This document shows, in pieces, positions 36,171-45,292 of a DNA stretch of 64,000 bases (position 1 is its first letter; each line of letters opens with the position of its first letter). The position numbers and the translations under genes were made by a program. Source of the stretch: a virus. Its lineage: Duplodnaviria > Caudoviricetes. Where the stretch lies: positions 28,783 to 92,782 of the IMG/VR virus record IMGVR_UViG_2795386114_000001. One strand, 5' to 3'. The notes under the pieces are model-generated. The model made no database searches. It saw only the letters and a program-made list of their open reading frames with translations, and was not told the DNA's origin.

Positions 36171-37988
36171 TCAGGCGGCGAGGACGGTGTGGGAGGGGTA
36201 GACGCCGCGGTCGGCGTAGAACTTCAGCTCGGCGGGCTTGGTCTCGTCGGAGTCGACGACGGCCTGGTACAGCGGCTCGTACCTGGTGTGGACGTTGGAC
36301 AGGACGGCCTTGGCGAAGTCGTGGGCCTTCGCGGCCCGCTTGTGGACTTCGTCGGCCTCGTCGGCTTGGGCCTGGGCCTGTTCGGCGAGCCTCTGGAGCT
36401 GTCCGACCAGCTTCTCCCCGCCCTTGACGCCTTTGGCTTCGTCGGCGAGGGACTGGCATTCGGCGGCCTGTTCGCGTGCCTGGGCGGCGAGTTCCTTGGT
36501 GGCGTCGGCGACTTTGGCGAGGCCGTCGATGCGTGCCTCGAGTCGGCCTTCGTACTGCTTGAAGACGCGGAGTTCGCCGCGGGTGACGGACGGCTTGAGG
36601 AAGCTGTCCCCCAAGGTGATCTTGCTGGCGTCGATGCCTTTCGCCTGGATCGGCGTTGCCTTCGACATGAACGGGTCCTCCATCGGCTCGTTGTCCGTCA
36701 CGAACACCCGGCACTGCGGGCTGTCTGGGGTTTTGGTCTTGTGATCGGTGTGGGCCTGGTCGAGGCGGGCGTGTTCCTTGGCGTTCTTGGTCTTCTGGTC
36801 GTCCCAGCCGTCTTTGGCGCCTTTGGCGTAGGCCTTGACGTGGTCGACGGCGTTGCGGGCTGCGGAGCCGTCGCCGTGGCCGGTCTCGCGGGACTTCTCG
36901 AGCGGGCTGCGCGTGTCCGTTCCGGTGCTGGTGTGCTGGTTGCTGCCGTCGCGGTTCTTGCCGGTGTTGCTCTTGCTCTGCTTGTTGCCGTCCTGGCTGC
37001 TCGAGCCGGAGCCACCGCCGGACCCTGAGCCTGAGCCGGATGCGCCTGCCGGCCCGTTCTTTCCTGCGGAGCCTTGCCTGCCGGGCGTGCCCTGCTTGCC
37101 CGCCCCACCACCAGAACCAGAGGAACCTGAGGAGCCGGATGAGCCGGAGCCCTTGGAGCCCTTCGAGCCCTCACCGCTTGAGGTCTGGCCGCTCCCGGTG
37201 TTCCCGCTCTTGCCCGAGCTGGTGCCGGAGTCCTTACCAGTACCGCCGGACCCGCGGCCCGATGTGCCCGTCCCACTCGTACCGGAGTTCTTCGCGGGAC
37301 CGGACGCCGGCCCCTTCGAGTCCTTCGAGGTCTGGCCGCCGGCGCCCTTACCGCCGCCTGCACCGGACCCGCCAGCCGGGCCGCGGCCACCGCTCCCGGA
37401 GCTCCCGGAACCCCCGCCACTGCCCCGACCGGCGCTTCCGGACGAATTCACCGGGCCTTTCCCAGAAGAATTCGATCCCGATTTCCCGGAATCGCCCTTT
37501 GCTCCGGCCCCGGAGCTGCCGGTGTTCCGAACGGGAAGCCCTGCGGACCTGGTCACGGTAACCGTGCGGTTTTCCTTCACCTGGCGGGCCTGCGCCTGCG
37601 CCTTCCTCATATCCAGGCGCTTGTTCGCAGTGCCTCCGCCCTTTGCCCAGCGCTGCGCCCCGGCCAGCCACCACGCTTTCCAGATGGAGCCCTGCGCTTT
37701 CCGCTTCTCCCCGGCGGGGTCCTTTGCTGCGGCCTCGTCTGCGTCACGGAATGACGCCGAGGAAACGCCGGGTGCGGAGCGGTCCAGGACGCCGTCCGCG
37801 TCGCCTGCCTGGGTGTCGCTGCCGCGGGTGGGGGCGAGGTCGAAGCTGGGGCGTGCGGGTTCCACGGCGGACACCACCGACGCCAGGAATCCCCGTGTGG
37901 GGGCCTGGCCGGAGGCTGCTGGGGTGGCGGGGTTGTGTGGCGGGTCAGGCGGTCCGGGTACCGCTGCGGGGACCGTGTCGGTCGCCAT
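36171..37988 (-). CDS. Gly/Ser-rich transfer-associated protein with C-terminal coiled coil
   Basis: WKAWWLAGAQRW, long low-complexity G/S/K linker, helical C-terminus ending PAELKFYAD. Confidence 0.65.
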   Translation of the reverse strand: MATDTVPAAVPGPPDPPHNPATPAASGQAPTRGFLASVVSAVEPARPSFDLAPTRGSDTQAGDADGVLDRSAPGVSSASFRDADEAAAKDPAGEKRKAQGSIWKAWWLAGAQRWAKGGGTANKRLDMRKAQAQARQVKENRTVTVTRSAGLPVRNTGSSGAGAKGDSGKSGSNSSGKGPVNSSGSAGRGSGGGSGSSGSGGRGPAGGSGAGGGKGAGGQTSKDSKGPASGPAKNSGTSGTGTSGRGSGGTGKDSGTSSGKSGNTGSGQTSSGEGSKGSKGSGSSGSSGSSGSGGGAGKQGTPGRQGSAGKNGPAGASGSGSGSGGGSGSSSQDGNKQSKSNTGKNRDGSNQHTSTGTDTRSPLEKSRETGHGDGSAARNAVDHVKAYAKGAKDGWDDQKTKNAKEHARLDQAHTDHKTKTPDSPQCRVFVTDNEPMEDPFMSKATPIQAKGIDASKITLGDSFLKPSVTRGELRVFKQYEGRLEARIDGLAKVADATKELAAQAREQAAECQSLADEAKGVKGGEKLVGQLQRLAEQAQAQADEADEVHKRAAKAHDFAKAVLSNVHTRYEPLYQAVVDSDETKPAELKFYADRGVYPSHTVLAA

Positions 37989-38019
37989 CTGTCACTCCTC
38001 GTATGTGACTTAACGTGAT

Positions 38020-38123
38020 TACTTACTCCCGGTTGTGGCCGGGGAATAGCGCCCTGAGTGGTCCCGCGGGATCTTTCAGGGCGCGTTTTGGCTGGTCCAG
38101 CGGTCGGGAGTAAGGAGTAAGTA
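38020..38123. repeat. nested inverted repeats with GGAGTAAG copies (candidate transfer or regulatory locus)
   Basis: CTTACTCCCG (38022-38031) vs CGGGAGTAAG (38105-38114), second GGAGTAAG in tandem; inner GCGCCCTGA/TCAGGGCGC. Confidence 0.5.
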
Positions 38124-38134
38124 GCCCGGCCGGG

Positions 38135-38725
38135 TCACTGTGCGTGAGGTCGCCTGCCGCGGTTCGCGGCTACCGCGACGAGCAGACCGGCGCCGGCCGC
38201 GATGCCCAGAAGGGTGCCGGAGTTGATGCCGTCGGCTCCCCCGCTGGTGTCGCTGACGGATCCGGCTGCGGCCATGTCGGTGCCGTCCACGCCGCCCTCG
38301 TTGCCCTGGTACTGGGCCTGGCAGTCGGCTACTACCGACCTGTACGTGACGCCCATCTGCTTGCCGACCAGGCCCTTGTCGGCGTCCACGCAGGAGTCGA
38401 CGAACTTCTGCCGGGCGGCGTCCTCGGTGGCCTTCTCCTTCTTCTGGGCCGTGGTCGCCTTGTTGATTTCCTTCAGTTCCTGGATCCGCAGTTCCTGCTG
38501 CTTGAGGGCGAGTTCCTGCGCCTTAAGGCCGTTTTCCTCGGCCTGCGCGGAGTAGTGCTGCCAGGCCATCATGCTGCCCCCGGCGAGAACGGTGGCGCCG
38601 ATGGCGAGGGCGACCTTTCCCCGCTTGGTCAGGCCGGGCTTTACAGGCTGCATGGCAGACCCGTAGGCGGTGGTCTGCTCGGTGAATTCGGGGCCGAATT
38701 CCTGGGCGAACTGCTCGGGTGTCAC
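38135..38725 (-). CDS. membrane protein with coiled coil (spread/transfer accessory)
   Basis: N- and C-terminal hydrophobic segments, KPGLTKRGK, coiled coil. Confidence 0.65.
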   Translation of the reverse strand: MTPEQFAQEFGPEFTEQTTAYGSAMQPVKPGLTKRGKVALAIGATVLAGGSMMAWQHYSAQAEENGLKAQELALKQQELRIQELKEINKATTAQKKEKATEDAARQKFVDSCVDADKGLVGKQMGVTYRSVVADCQAQYQGNEGGVDGTDMAAAGSVSDTSGGADGINSGTLLGIAAGAGLLVAVAANRGRRPHAQ

Positions 38726-38728
38726 TGC

Positions 38729-39280
38729 TCATTCTCCGTTCGATCGTGCCGCGCGGGCGGAGTGGGTGATCAGGTTCTTGACGTGGGGAAACGTGCGTTC
38801 GGTGTGGTCGTTCCAGGCGAAGAACGGCTGGTGGTAGCCGTGCTCTTGGAGGGTTTGCTGCATGTAGTCGACGGCCCGGGCCCGGCTGGTGGGGGTGACG
38901 TGTCCGGTGCGTTCGAGGAGGGTCTGCGCGCCGCGGATGCACATGCGTCCGGTGGGGCTGAAGTCGAGACTGCGGGCCCAGCCGTAGCGTTCGAGGACGG
39001 CAAGTGTCTGGGTGAGGTGGTCGGACGGGATGAGGGGGACGGGGTTCTGCCACAGGCCGAGGGCCTCGAGCTGGTTGCGGACGCGGCCCGGGATGAGGAG
39101 GTGCCAGCGGGTGGGCCAGTCGGGTGCGGCGGTCGGTACCGGGAGGGGGGCCGGGGCCGGCCGCCGCGGCGCGAGGGGAGCGCGGCCGGGTGCCGCGGGC
39201 GGGGGTGCCGTCCGCGGCTTCGGCTGTGACCGGGTCTGGTGCACGTGCTCCTCCACTTCTGGCGACGGGTTGGCAGTCAC
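38729..39280 (-). CDS. DUF6197-like protein
   Basis: LERYGWAR...GRMCIRGA...AWND..RT. Confidence 0.6.
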   Translation of the reverse strand: MTANPSPEVEEHVHQTRSQPKPRTAPPPAAPGRAPLAPRRPAPAPLPVPTAAPDWPTRWHLLIPGRVRNQLEALGLWQNPVPLIPSDHLTQTLAVLERYGWARSLDFSPTGRMCIRGAQTLLERTGHVTPTSRARAVDYMQQTLQEHGYHQPFFAWNDHTERTFPHVKNLITHSARAARSNGE

Positions 39281-40359
39281 GCGTTGTTACCGGTGACCTT
39301 GGTGTGGATGTCCTTGTAGAGGGCGCGGATGTCGTCGGTGCTGAGCCCGTATCCGGCGTTGCGCCATGCCTTCTCGAAGGCGTTCTGGGAGGGGGCCTGG
39401 CCGGTGCCGCGAAGGTCGAAGTAGAGGTCGAAGGCGAGCCTGCGCCGGTCGGTGTCGCCCGTGTCGGGCCTCTTGCTCGCCTGCGCCTCGCCCGGGTTCG
39501 CCTCGGGCGCGCCCGCCTCGGGCCCTGTGGTGCGCCCTGGTGCGCCCTCGCTGGTCAGAGCGCTTATGTCGTCGGGCGCGGCCTCCAGTGCGCCCTGAGG
39601 CGCCGTGGCGGGGCGCAGGGGCTTCAGGGAGCGGAGGGTGTAGTCCTCGGCCCGGTTCGGGAGGGACTTGAAGGCACCCATGCGGTCGATCCGGGTGGTG
39701 ATACTCATCTCCGTGCCGAGCTGGTCGAGAGTGTCGTCCAGGCCGTGGAAGGCGGCGTCGCCGGCCCGCATGAGGGCCTTCTCGTAGGTCCGCTTGCTCA
39801 TGTACCAGGGCTTACCAAGAGTGGCGAGGGCGATGACCTGGTCCTGTGCGTTGCGGCGGCTGATGGCCTGCGCGTCCGCGCCACGGGATCCGATGCCCAG
39901 CTTGCTTTCGAGGCGCTTGAGGCGGTCGCGCCACCAGCGGGCGAGGAGTCCGTCGGACTTGATCTGAATCTTGCCGAGCTTGGCCTCGAGGCCGAGAAGC
40001 TTGTGGAGGCCGTAGGCGAGCAGGACTGGGCCGACGATCCGGACGAGGGCGACGCCCAGGTCTTCGTTCTCTTGCCGGACCACCTCGAGCGCGCCGACCG
40101 CCTGGGCCAGGACGAGGAGATAGGCGGCGCGCGCGGTGCCCTTGTCCTCGAACGCCCACGAGTACAAGGTCAGGCCGAGGACGATGCCTTCGAGGGCGAG
40201 GCCGACGGTCAGGGTCCACGGTTCGACCATGTGGAGGCGCTTCTCGGCGAAGCGGATCGAGGTGTTCGCGGAGAGGCCGAAGCCGAGGAGGACGACGACG
40301 CCCATGCCGAGGAAGCCGGTGGCGGTGCGGCGCTTCGTGGGGGCCGGGGTGGTGGTCAC
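39277..40359 (-). CDS. SpdB/DUF2637-like multi-TM plasmid spread protein
   Basis: Four N-terminal TM helices, Pro/Ala linker, C-terminal helical domain; within the transfer operon. Confidence 0.6.
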   Translation of the reverse strand: MTTTPAPTKRRTATGFLGMGVVVLLGFGLSANTSIRFAEKRLHMVEPWTLTVGLALEGIVLGLTLYSWAFEDKGTARAAYLLVLAQAVGALEVVRQENEDLGVALVRIVGPVLLAYGLHKLLGLEAKLGKIQIKSDGLLARWWRDRLKRLESKLGIGSRGADAQAISRRNAQDQVIALATLGKPWYMSKRTYEKALMRAGDAAFHGLDDTLDQLGTEMSITTRIDRMGAFKSLPNRAEDYTLRSLKPLRPATAPQGALEAAPDDISALTSEGAPGRTTGPEAGAPEANPGEAQASKRPDTGDTDRRRLAFDLYFDLRGTGQAPSQNAFEKAWRNAGYGLSTDDIRALYKDIHTKVTGNNA

Positions 40360-40385
40360 GGGGATCGGTGTCCTCTCAGGGGTGG

Positions 40386-41036
40386 TCAGGCGGTGGGGGT
40401 GCCGGTGCAGCCGGTTGCGTGGGGGCCGTTAGGGATTCGGGCGAGGTGGGCGATCTCGTCGCCGGTGAGGTGGAGGCGGTTGGTGAGGGTGTCGGCGACG
40501 GTGAGGATGGCGTGCCAGTGGCGGGTGACGAGCTGGTCGGCGAGGTCGTGGACCGCGGCGTAGTCGTTGTGGCCGGTGCCGAAGCCGATGTGGGGGTTGA
40601 GGGTGCGGCAGCGTTCGCGGTCGCGGAGGGCGCCGAGTTCGATGCCGGCGGATCGGGTGGGGGTCCACAGGCCGGCTTGGTGGAGGTAGTGGTTTTCGGC
40701 TCGTTCTCCGGCGCCGTAGAAGGTGGCGACGGCGCGGCCGTCGATGAGGTTGCAGCCGCTGACGTCGCCTCCGGAGACGGCGCCGGTGGAGGCGGCGAGT
40801 TGGGCGGTGGGGGTGATGCGGGCGTAGTGGATGTGGCCGTTGGCGGAGATGGCAGCGATGGCGTGGGCGGCTTCGTGGAGGGCGCGGAGGTATTGGCGGG
40901 TGTGGGTGGGGAGGTCGCCGAGGTAGGCGTCGCTGGTGTCGCCGTAGTTGGGGGCGGGGTGGCGGGTGGGGTAGGGCTGGCCGTTGATGTTCAGGTCGTG
41001 GTGCCAGGTGTGGGTGGGCTGGTCGACGGTCATCAC
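40386..41036 (-). CDS. zincin metallopeptidase-like protein (M41/M50-like)
   Basis: ALHEAAHAIA, AGERAE, WHAILTVADTL...LTGDEI. Confidence 0.68.
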   Translation of the reverse strand: MMTVDQPTHTWHHDLNINGQPYPTRHPAPNYGDTSDAYLGDLPTHTRQYLRALHEAAHAIAAISANGHIHYARITPTAQLAASTGAVSGGDVSGCNLIDGRAVATFYGAGERAENHYLHQAGLWTPTRSAGIELGALRDRERCRTLNPHIGFGTGHNDYAAVHDLADQLVTRHWHAILTVADTLTNRLHLTGDEIAHLARIPNGPHATGCTGTPTA

Positions 41037-41060
41037 GGTCAGCGGTCCTCTCTGGGTGGG

Positions 41061-41228
41061 TTAGGCGGCGGGGGTGAGGTCGGTGGGCTGCTGGGTCTTG
41101 GGCGGGTGGACGATGAGGTAGGCGGGCTGGTAGTCCGCCATGGCGAGGTTCAACACGGTGTCGAAGTCGGCGGGGGTCCAGGTGCTGGAGTCGTTGCCGT
41201 GGGCTTCGGCGAACTCGGGTCCGGTCAT
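41061..41228 (-). CDS. hypothetical protein
   Basis: Short coupled ORF MTGPEFAEAHG. Confidence 0.5.
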   Translation of the reverse strand: MTGPEFAEAHGNDSSTWTPADFDTVLNLAMADYQPAYLIVHPPKTQQPTDLTPAA

Positions 41229-41404
41229 CGGCTGGTCCTTCCGGTCTGGTCGGGGCGGGTGGCGAGGGCGTTGACGAGCCAGGGGGTGATGTCGCTGACC
41301 CACTGCATGGCGGCGGTGGTCTTGCCGGGCTGGGCGTAGTAGGCGTCGAGGCCGGCGTCCTGGTCGGGGACGGTGTCGGTCGGGGTGTCGTGGGTGGTGG
41401 TCAC
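41225..41404 (-). CDS. hypothetical protein
   Basis: GTG start with GGGAG RBS; coupled to the next gene. Confidence 0.5.
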   Translation of the reverse strand: MTTTHDTPTDTVPDQDAGLDAYYAQPGKTTAAMQWVSDITPWLVNALATRPDQTGRTSR

Positions 41405-41466
41405 GCGGTGCTCCCTGCCGGAGGGGTGGGGCCCGGTCCGTGCTGGCTGCCGAGCCCCGGTGGTGG

Positions 41467-41712
41467 TCAGAGCTGGTTGGGGGCGAGGGAGAAGAACTGG
41501 ACGGTGAAGCTCTCTGTGCCGATCCACTGCTCCATGGACTTGAGGACGGCGAGGTAGGTCGACTCGTGGGTGTGCAGGCCAGGGGTGACGTTGATAGCGC
41601 CGTTGTTGGTGCCCTGGCGGCCGTCGGAGGTCTGGACGGTCATGATCCAGTGGTGCTTGACCGGGTCCGGGTACGTGGGAGCCGTGGTGTTCTCGGCATC
41701 GGTCGTGGTCAT
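41467..41712 (-). CDS. hypothetical protein
   Basis: AAAGGA RBS; HWIMTVQ...VQFFSLAPNQL. Confidence 0.65.
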   Translation of the reverse strand: MTTTDAENTTAPTYPDPVKHHWIMTVQTSDGRQGTNNGAINVTPGLHTHESTYLAVLKSMEQWIGTESFTVQFFSLAPNQL

Positions 41713-41731
41713 CGGGGTGGGTGTCCTTTCG

Positions 41732-42133
41732 TCAGTCGGTGTGAATTGCGCCGGAGGCGTTGGCGGCGTGCTGGTGGAGTGCGGGGTCGGAGATGGCGAA
41801 GGTGAGGCATTCGCCCGCGCGTTGGGTGTTCTTCTGGGCGTCGAAGTCGAGGGTGCGGAGGGAGGGGTTGGTGTCGGGGTTGAGGATCCGGGCGACGGTC
41901 AGGGCGAGCATCGTGATGACGTCGGTGCCGTCCGGGGATCCGGCGATAGATACGGCGAGGAGTTGGGTCTGCTCGGTGGTGAGCCGGTCCAGGGCGATCA
42001 GGCGTGCCCCTTCGCGGATGAGGTCGATGCCGGCGTGGATGCCGTCCAGGTCCTCCAGGACGTCGCCCAGCTCGGTGCCGTCCACCGGCGGGACTGCGTT
42101 GCCCTCGGTGTGCACGTGGTGCGGGCCGGTCAT
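41732..42133 (-). CDS. hypothetical protein
   Basis: High-GC3 ORF coupled to the upstream gene. Confidence 0.6.
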   Translation of the reverse strand: MTGPHHVHTEGNAVPPVDGTELGDVLEDLDGIHAGIDLIREGARLIALDRLTTEQTQLLAVSIAGSPDGTDVITMLALTVARILNPDTNPSLRTLDFDAQKNTQRAGECLTFAISDPALHQHAANASGAIHTD

Positions 42134-42537
42134 CAGAGCTCGCCGCCGTCCCACTGGCTGGTGATCTCGTCGAACGCGGCGACCGCGCTGTTCGGGTCCT
42201 CGGAGGCGATGTCCATGAGGAAGTCGGTGTCAAGGCCGATGCAGTACTCCTCAAGGTCGGCCTCAAGGCGGGGGTCGAGCGGAGCGTCGCCCGGGAGCGT
42301 GAGGTCCTGGGTGGCTTCCGTGAGGGCCTTCGCCGCGGCGAGTGCCTTGATGGCGATCTGCATGTCGCGGGTGGACAGGGAAGCGTCGCCGACGAAGGCG
42401 CCGGTCGGGCTGAGGAGCATGAGCCGTCCGGCGTTCTCGGTGTCGTCGGACAGGCCGAGGAACGCGGCGAGGAGGTCGAGGATGAGCGGCTTGGGCTCGT
42501 TGGCGGGGCGGTCGCCCTCGGGGGTCGGGTTCTCCAT
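42133..42537 (-). CDS. hypothetical acidic protein
   Basis: TGATG coupling on both sides. Confidence 0.6.
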   Translation of the reverse strand: MENPTPEGDRPANEPKPLILDLLAAFLGLSDDTENAGRLMLLSPTGAFVGDASLSTRDMQIAIKALAAAKALTEATQDLTLPGDAPLDPRLEADLEEYCIGLDTDFLMDIASEDPNSAVAAFDEITSQWDGGEL

Positions 42538-42782
42538 CACGCCACCGCCCTGATGACACGGTCGCTGCCGGTCCACACGGCGCCGGTGGGGTAGCGGTCA
42601 CCGGTGTGCAAGTCGATGACCTCGACGGCGAACTGAGCGGCGCGCCGCTTGAGGATGCGCTGAGACTCGGACGGGTCAGTGATGACGGACTCGACGCGGA
42701 CGAGGCGCGGGCCGTCGTAGTAGACGACACCCTCGACACGCGGGCCGATCTGCTCGGCGATGGTCATGGTCTCGGCGGCCAT
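42537..42782 (-). CDS. hypothetical protein
   Basis: TGATG coupling, 81 aa. Confidence 0.6.
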   Translation of the reverse strand: MAAETMTIAEQIGPRVEGVVYYDGPRLVRVESVITDPSESQRILKRRAAQFAVEVIDLHTGDRYPTGAVWTGSDRVIRAVA

Positions 42783-43249
42783 CAGACATTCACCGCCAGG
42801 AGAATCCGCGTGTCGTCGGCGAGCTGCTTGGCCGGCACCCGGAGGTTCAGCGCGTCCAGCGTGTCTGCCGGAAGACCGGTCAGCGCGGTGAACAGCGTGT
42901 CGACGTCCCGCAGGATCGCCGAGTAGGCGTCATCGACGGCCTTGGCCGCGTCACGCGCGGCCTGCTTGCGGTCCTCGAAGTGGAGTCCGCCGTCCCACGC
43001 GGCGGCCTTGGCGGCCTGCTCGGCCTTGGCGTGCAGCTCGGTGAGGTTGTACACCGGCCGGGCCAGAAGCCGCATGACCTGAAGGAGCCGGACGCCCTCG
43101 ATCGTGACGTTGTCACGGATCGGGTTGGACACCCAGCGCTCGAACACGGCGGCCAACTGGTCGATGGGAGACGAAGCGGTGTCGGACACCGGGTGGACGT
43201 TGTCGCTGGGGTGCGATGCCATAGAGATGGTCCGTGTGGGATCCTGCAT
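42782..43249 (-). CDS. hypothetical protein, first gene of the transfer operon
   Basis: AGGAGGAG RBS before MQDPTR. Confidence 0.62.
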   Translation of the reverse strand: MQDPTRTISMASHPSDNVHPVSDTASSPIDQLAAVFERWVSNPIRDNVTIEGVRLLQVMRLLARPVYNLTELHAKAEQAAKAAAWDGGLHFEDRKQAARDAAKAVDDAYSAILRDVDTLFTALTGLPADTLDALNLRVPAKQLADDTRILLAVNV

Positions 43250-43376
43250 GGCGGGATCTCCTCCTGTTGTGGCAGGTAGGGCGGTTCCAAGTCCTTCGTG
43301 GTGCTCCAACACCGCTCCGGACGCGCGACCCCGGTCCGGCTCTTGCTGGCCGGGGTCGTTTCGTTGTGCTGATACG

Positions 43377-43415
43377 AGAGTCCCGCACCCCGTGGACTTT
43401 GTCAACAAGGTGCGG
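43377..43415 (-). promoter_or_regulatory. sigma70-type promoter of the transfer operon with overlapping inverted repeat
   Basis: Minus strand TTGACA-N17-GACTCT; CCGCACC (43383)/GGTGCGG (43409) inverted pair. Confidence 0.6.
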
Positions 43416-43433
43416 CATGATGAAGGAGACGGA

Positions 43434-43691
43434 TTGCCCGACAAGGAGAAGGAGGAGCCCCGCTTGATGACCATCCCGGAGATCGCAGCGGACCGCGGCG
43501 TCAGTCGCCAGCTGGTCCACCGAATCGCGCAGTCCGATCCGGCGTTCCCTCCTCCGGTGATTACGCCAGGAAGTACGCGGGCGAAGTACCCGGCCGACAA
43601 GGTGGCCGAGTTCTTCGACAAGCGAGTGATCCGGCCGGGCCGGCGTACGGACTTGGAGGCCAAGCGGCAGGGGCGGGAGGCGGATGAGTAG
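43434..43691 (+). CDS. small HTH DNA-binding protein (AlpA/excisionase-like)
   Basis: MTIPEIAADRGVSRQLVHRIAQSDPAFPPP; start TTG 43434 or ATG 43467. Confidence 0.75.
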   Translation: MPDKEKEEPRLMTIPEIAADRGVSRQLVHRIAQSDPAFPPPVITPGSTRAKYPADKVAEFFDKRVIRPGRRTDLEAKRQGREADE

Positions 43692-43750
43692 TCCCGGCGC
43701 CAGTCGACCACGCTGCCCCCTGCTTGCACGTAGCCCAGCGGGTCGCCCCC

Positions 43751-43785
43751 GCCAGATAGATGACTCTAGTATTGCTCTATCTGGC
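43751..43785. promoter_or_regulatory. inverted-repeat operator upstream of the GntR gene
   Basis: GCCAGATAGA-N15-TCTATCTGGC perfect 10-bp IR; CTCTA repeated three times. Confidence 0.6.
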
Positions 43786-43826
43786 ACTCTACCTTCAAGT
43801 CTTACGAGACAGAAAGGGGTGAGATC

Positions 43827-44558
43827 ATGAGCGGAAACACCGGGTATGCGGAGATCGCTACGTTTTTTCGGCAGAAGATCACAGACGGCACTCTCGCTCC
43901 CGGCGACAAGATGCCGACCCACAAGCAGGTGCGTGAGCAGTTCGGTGCGTCGATCGCGACCGTCAACCGGGCCTTCCAGATGTTGAAGGCAGAAGGTCTG
44001 ACGGCTGCTCGGGTCGGGCAGGGCACGACAGTCGCTGAGCGGCCCCGGGTAGCCGCGACGGCTACGGCCCGCCTGAGGCGGATCTCCCGAACCGGCCAGC
44101 CGTACGGGCCGAAGGAAAGGTCCGTTGACCACGACGCTCGGTTGCTGTCATGCGCCGATCCAGAGATCGCCGACGAACTGGGCGTCGAGCTTCATGACGA
44201 AATCCTGGTTCGCCGCCGCGTGTTCATGAACGGCAACGTTCGGACCATTGCCTCGTTCTCGTTCATCCAGCCGCGCGGATGGGCCGCTGTTCCGGAGATT
44301 TTGAGCCCGGAGCCGCTGGGGAGGTTCTGGCAGAAGGACTACACCGAGCGGACGGGACGCACCCCGGTCAAGCTCCCCGAACGGCAAAGTGCTCGTCTGG
44401 CGTACCCGTACGAGCTGGCGATGCTCGGCGTGGACTCGCCTCCCAACGCGGCTGTCCCAGTTCTCGTCCTGGCGAACGTCTTCCACGACGAAGATGGGCC
44501 GCTGGAGTGCTGGCGGGACGTCTATGCGCCCGGCTTGTGGCGAGTGGATGAGCAGTAA
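43827..44558 (+). CDS. GntR/HutC family repressor (KorA/TraR-like)
   Basis: GYAEIATFFRQKITDGTLAPGDKMPT...ATVNRAFQMLKAEGL..GQGT plus UTRA domain; divergent from the transfer operon. Confidence 0.88.
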   Translation: MSGNTGYAEIATFFRQKITDGTLAPGDKMPTHKQVREQFGASIATVNRAFQMLKAEGLTAARVGQGTTVAERPRVAATATARLRRISRTGQPYGPKERSVDHDARLLSCADPEIADELGVELHDEILVRRRVFMNGNVRTIASFSFIQPRGWAAVPEILSPEPLGRFWQKDYTERTGRTPVKLPERQSARLAYPYELAMLGVDSPPNAAVPVLVLANVFHDEDGPLECWRDVYAPGLWRVDEQ

Positions 44559-44802
44559 CCAGGGGTCCTAAGGAACGTTCCCCCAGTGTCGGGAGAGGAG
44601 TACGGACCTATGAGGAGCCCGCCGTGAAAGGCGGGAGGCCGGCGGTCACCACAACCAGCCGACCTCCCTGTTTGGGCCGCTGTCCTGCGAAGACATAGCG
44701 CGGCCCGCGCAACAGATCACCCATCAAAGGATTGGACCTGCGCATGTGCAGCCTAGCGAGAATCTCGCGCCGGGCCGAAGTTTCTAGCGTCGGTGAAAGC
44801 CG

Positions 44803-45063
44803 ATGACAGATGACCTGCCCCCATTCGTCACCTTCACGACCGGCGCGCCGCTCCTGGTGGAGCTCGGCCTGGTCGACAGCATCACGCCCGACGGACTCCG
44901 ATACCACGCCCGGCAGAACCCGGACTGGTGGAGATTCGGCAACCGACCCGATCAGATCCCGTACGGCATGGTCGGCCCCGTCCGAACGATGGAGACCAAG
45001 GTGTTCATCAACATGTTCAAGGACGGGCCTCGCCGCGGTGGACGCGGCCGGAAGAAGTCCTGA
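44803..45063 (+). CDS. small DNA-binding protein
   Basis: LPPFVTFTTGA...ITPDGLRYHA..PDWW; basic RGGRGRKK tail. Confidence 0.65.
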   Translation: MTDDLPPFVTFTTGAPLLVELGLVDSITPDGLRYHARQNPDWWRFGNRPDQIPYGMVGPVRTMETKVFINMFKDGPRRGGRGRKKS

Positions 45064-45292
45064 TGGTCACCGGGCCCGAGATCGCAGCCTCGGAGCCCCG
45101 GAACGCGGAACGGCCAGCCCATGAGGAGTTCGCAGCTTCTCCAGGCCGGCCGTCCAGGCAGTACCAGCGGGTGTCAGACCGCTGGCGAAATGAGTCCCAC
45201 CTCTCGAAAGAGGTTCTCGCAATGAGGGTACCCTCGCCGAACCGGGTTACCGCAAGTAGCCTCCGCACGATCCTCCCCGCGGAGGGGGTGCG

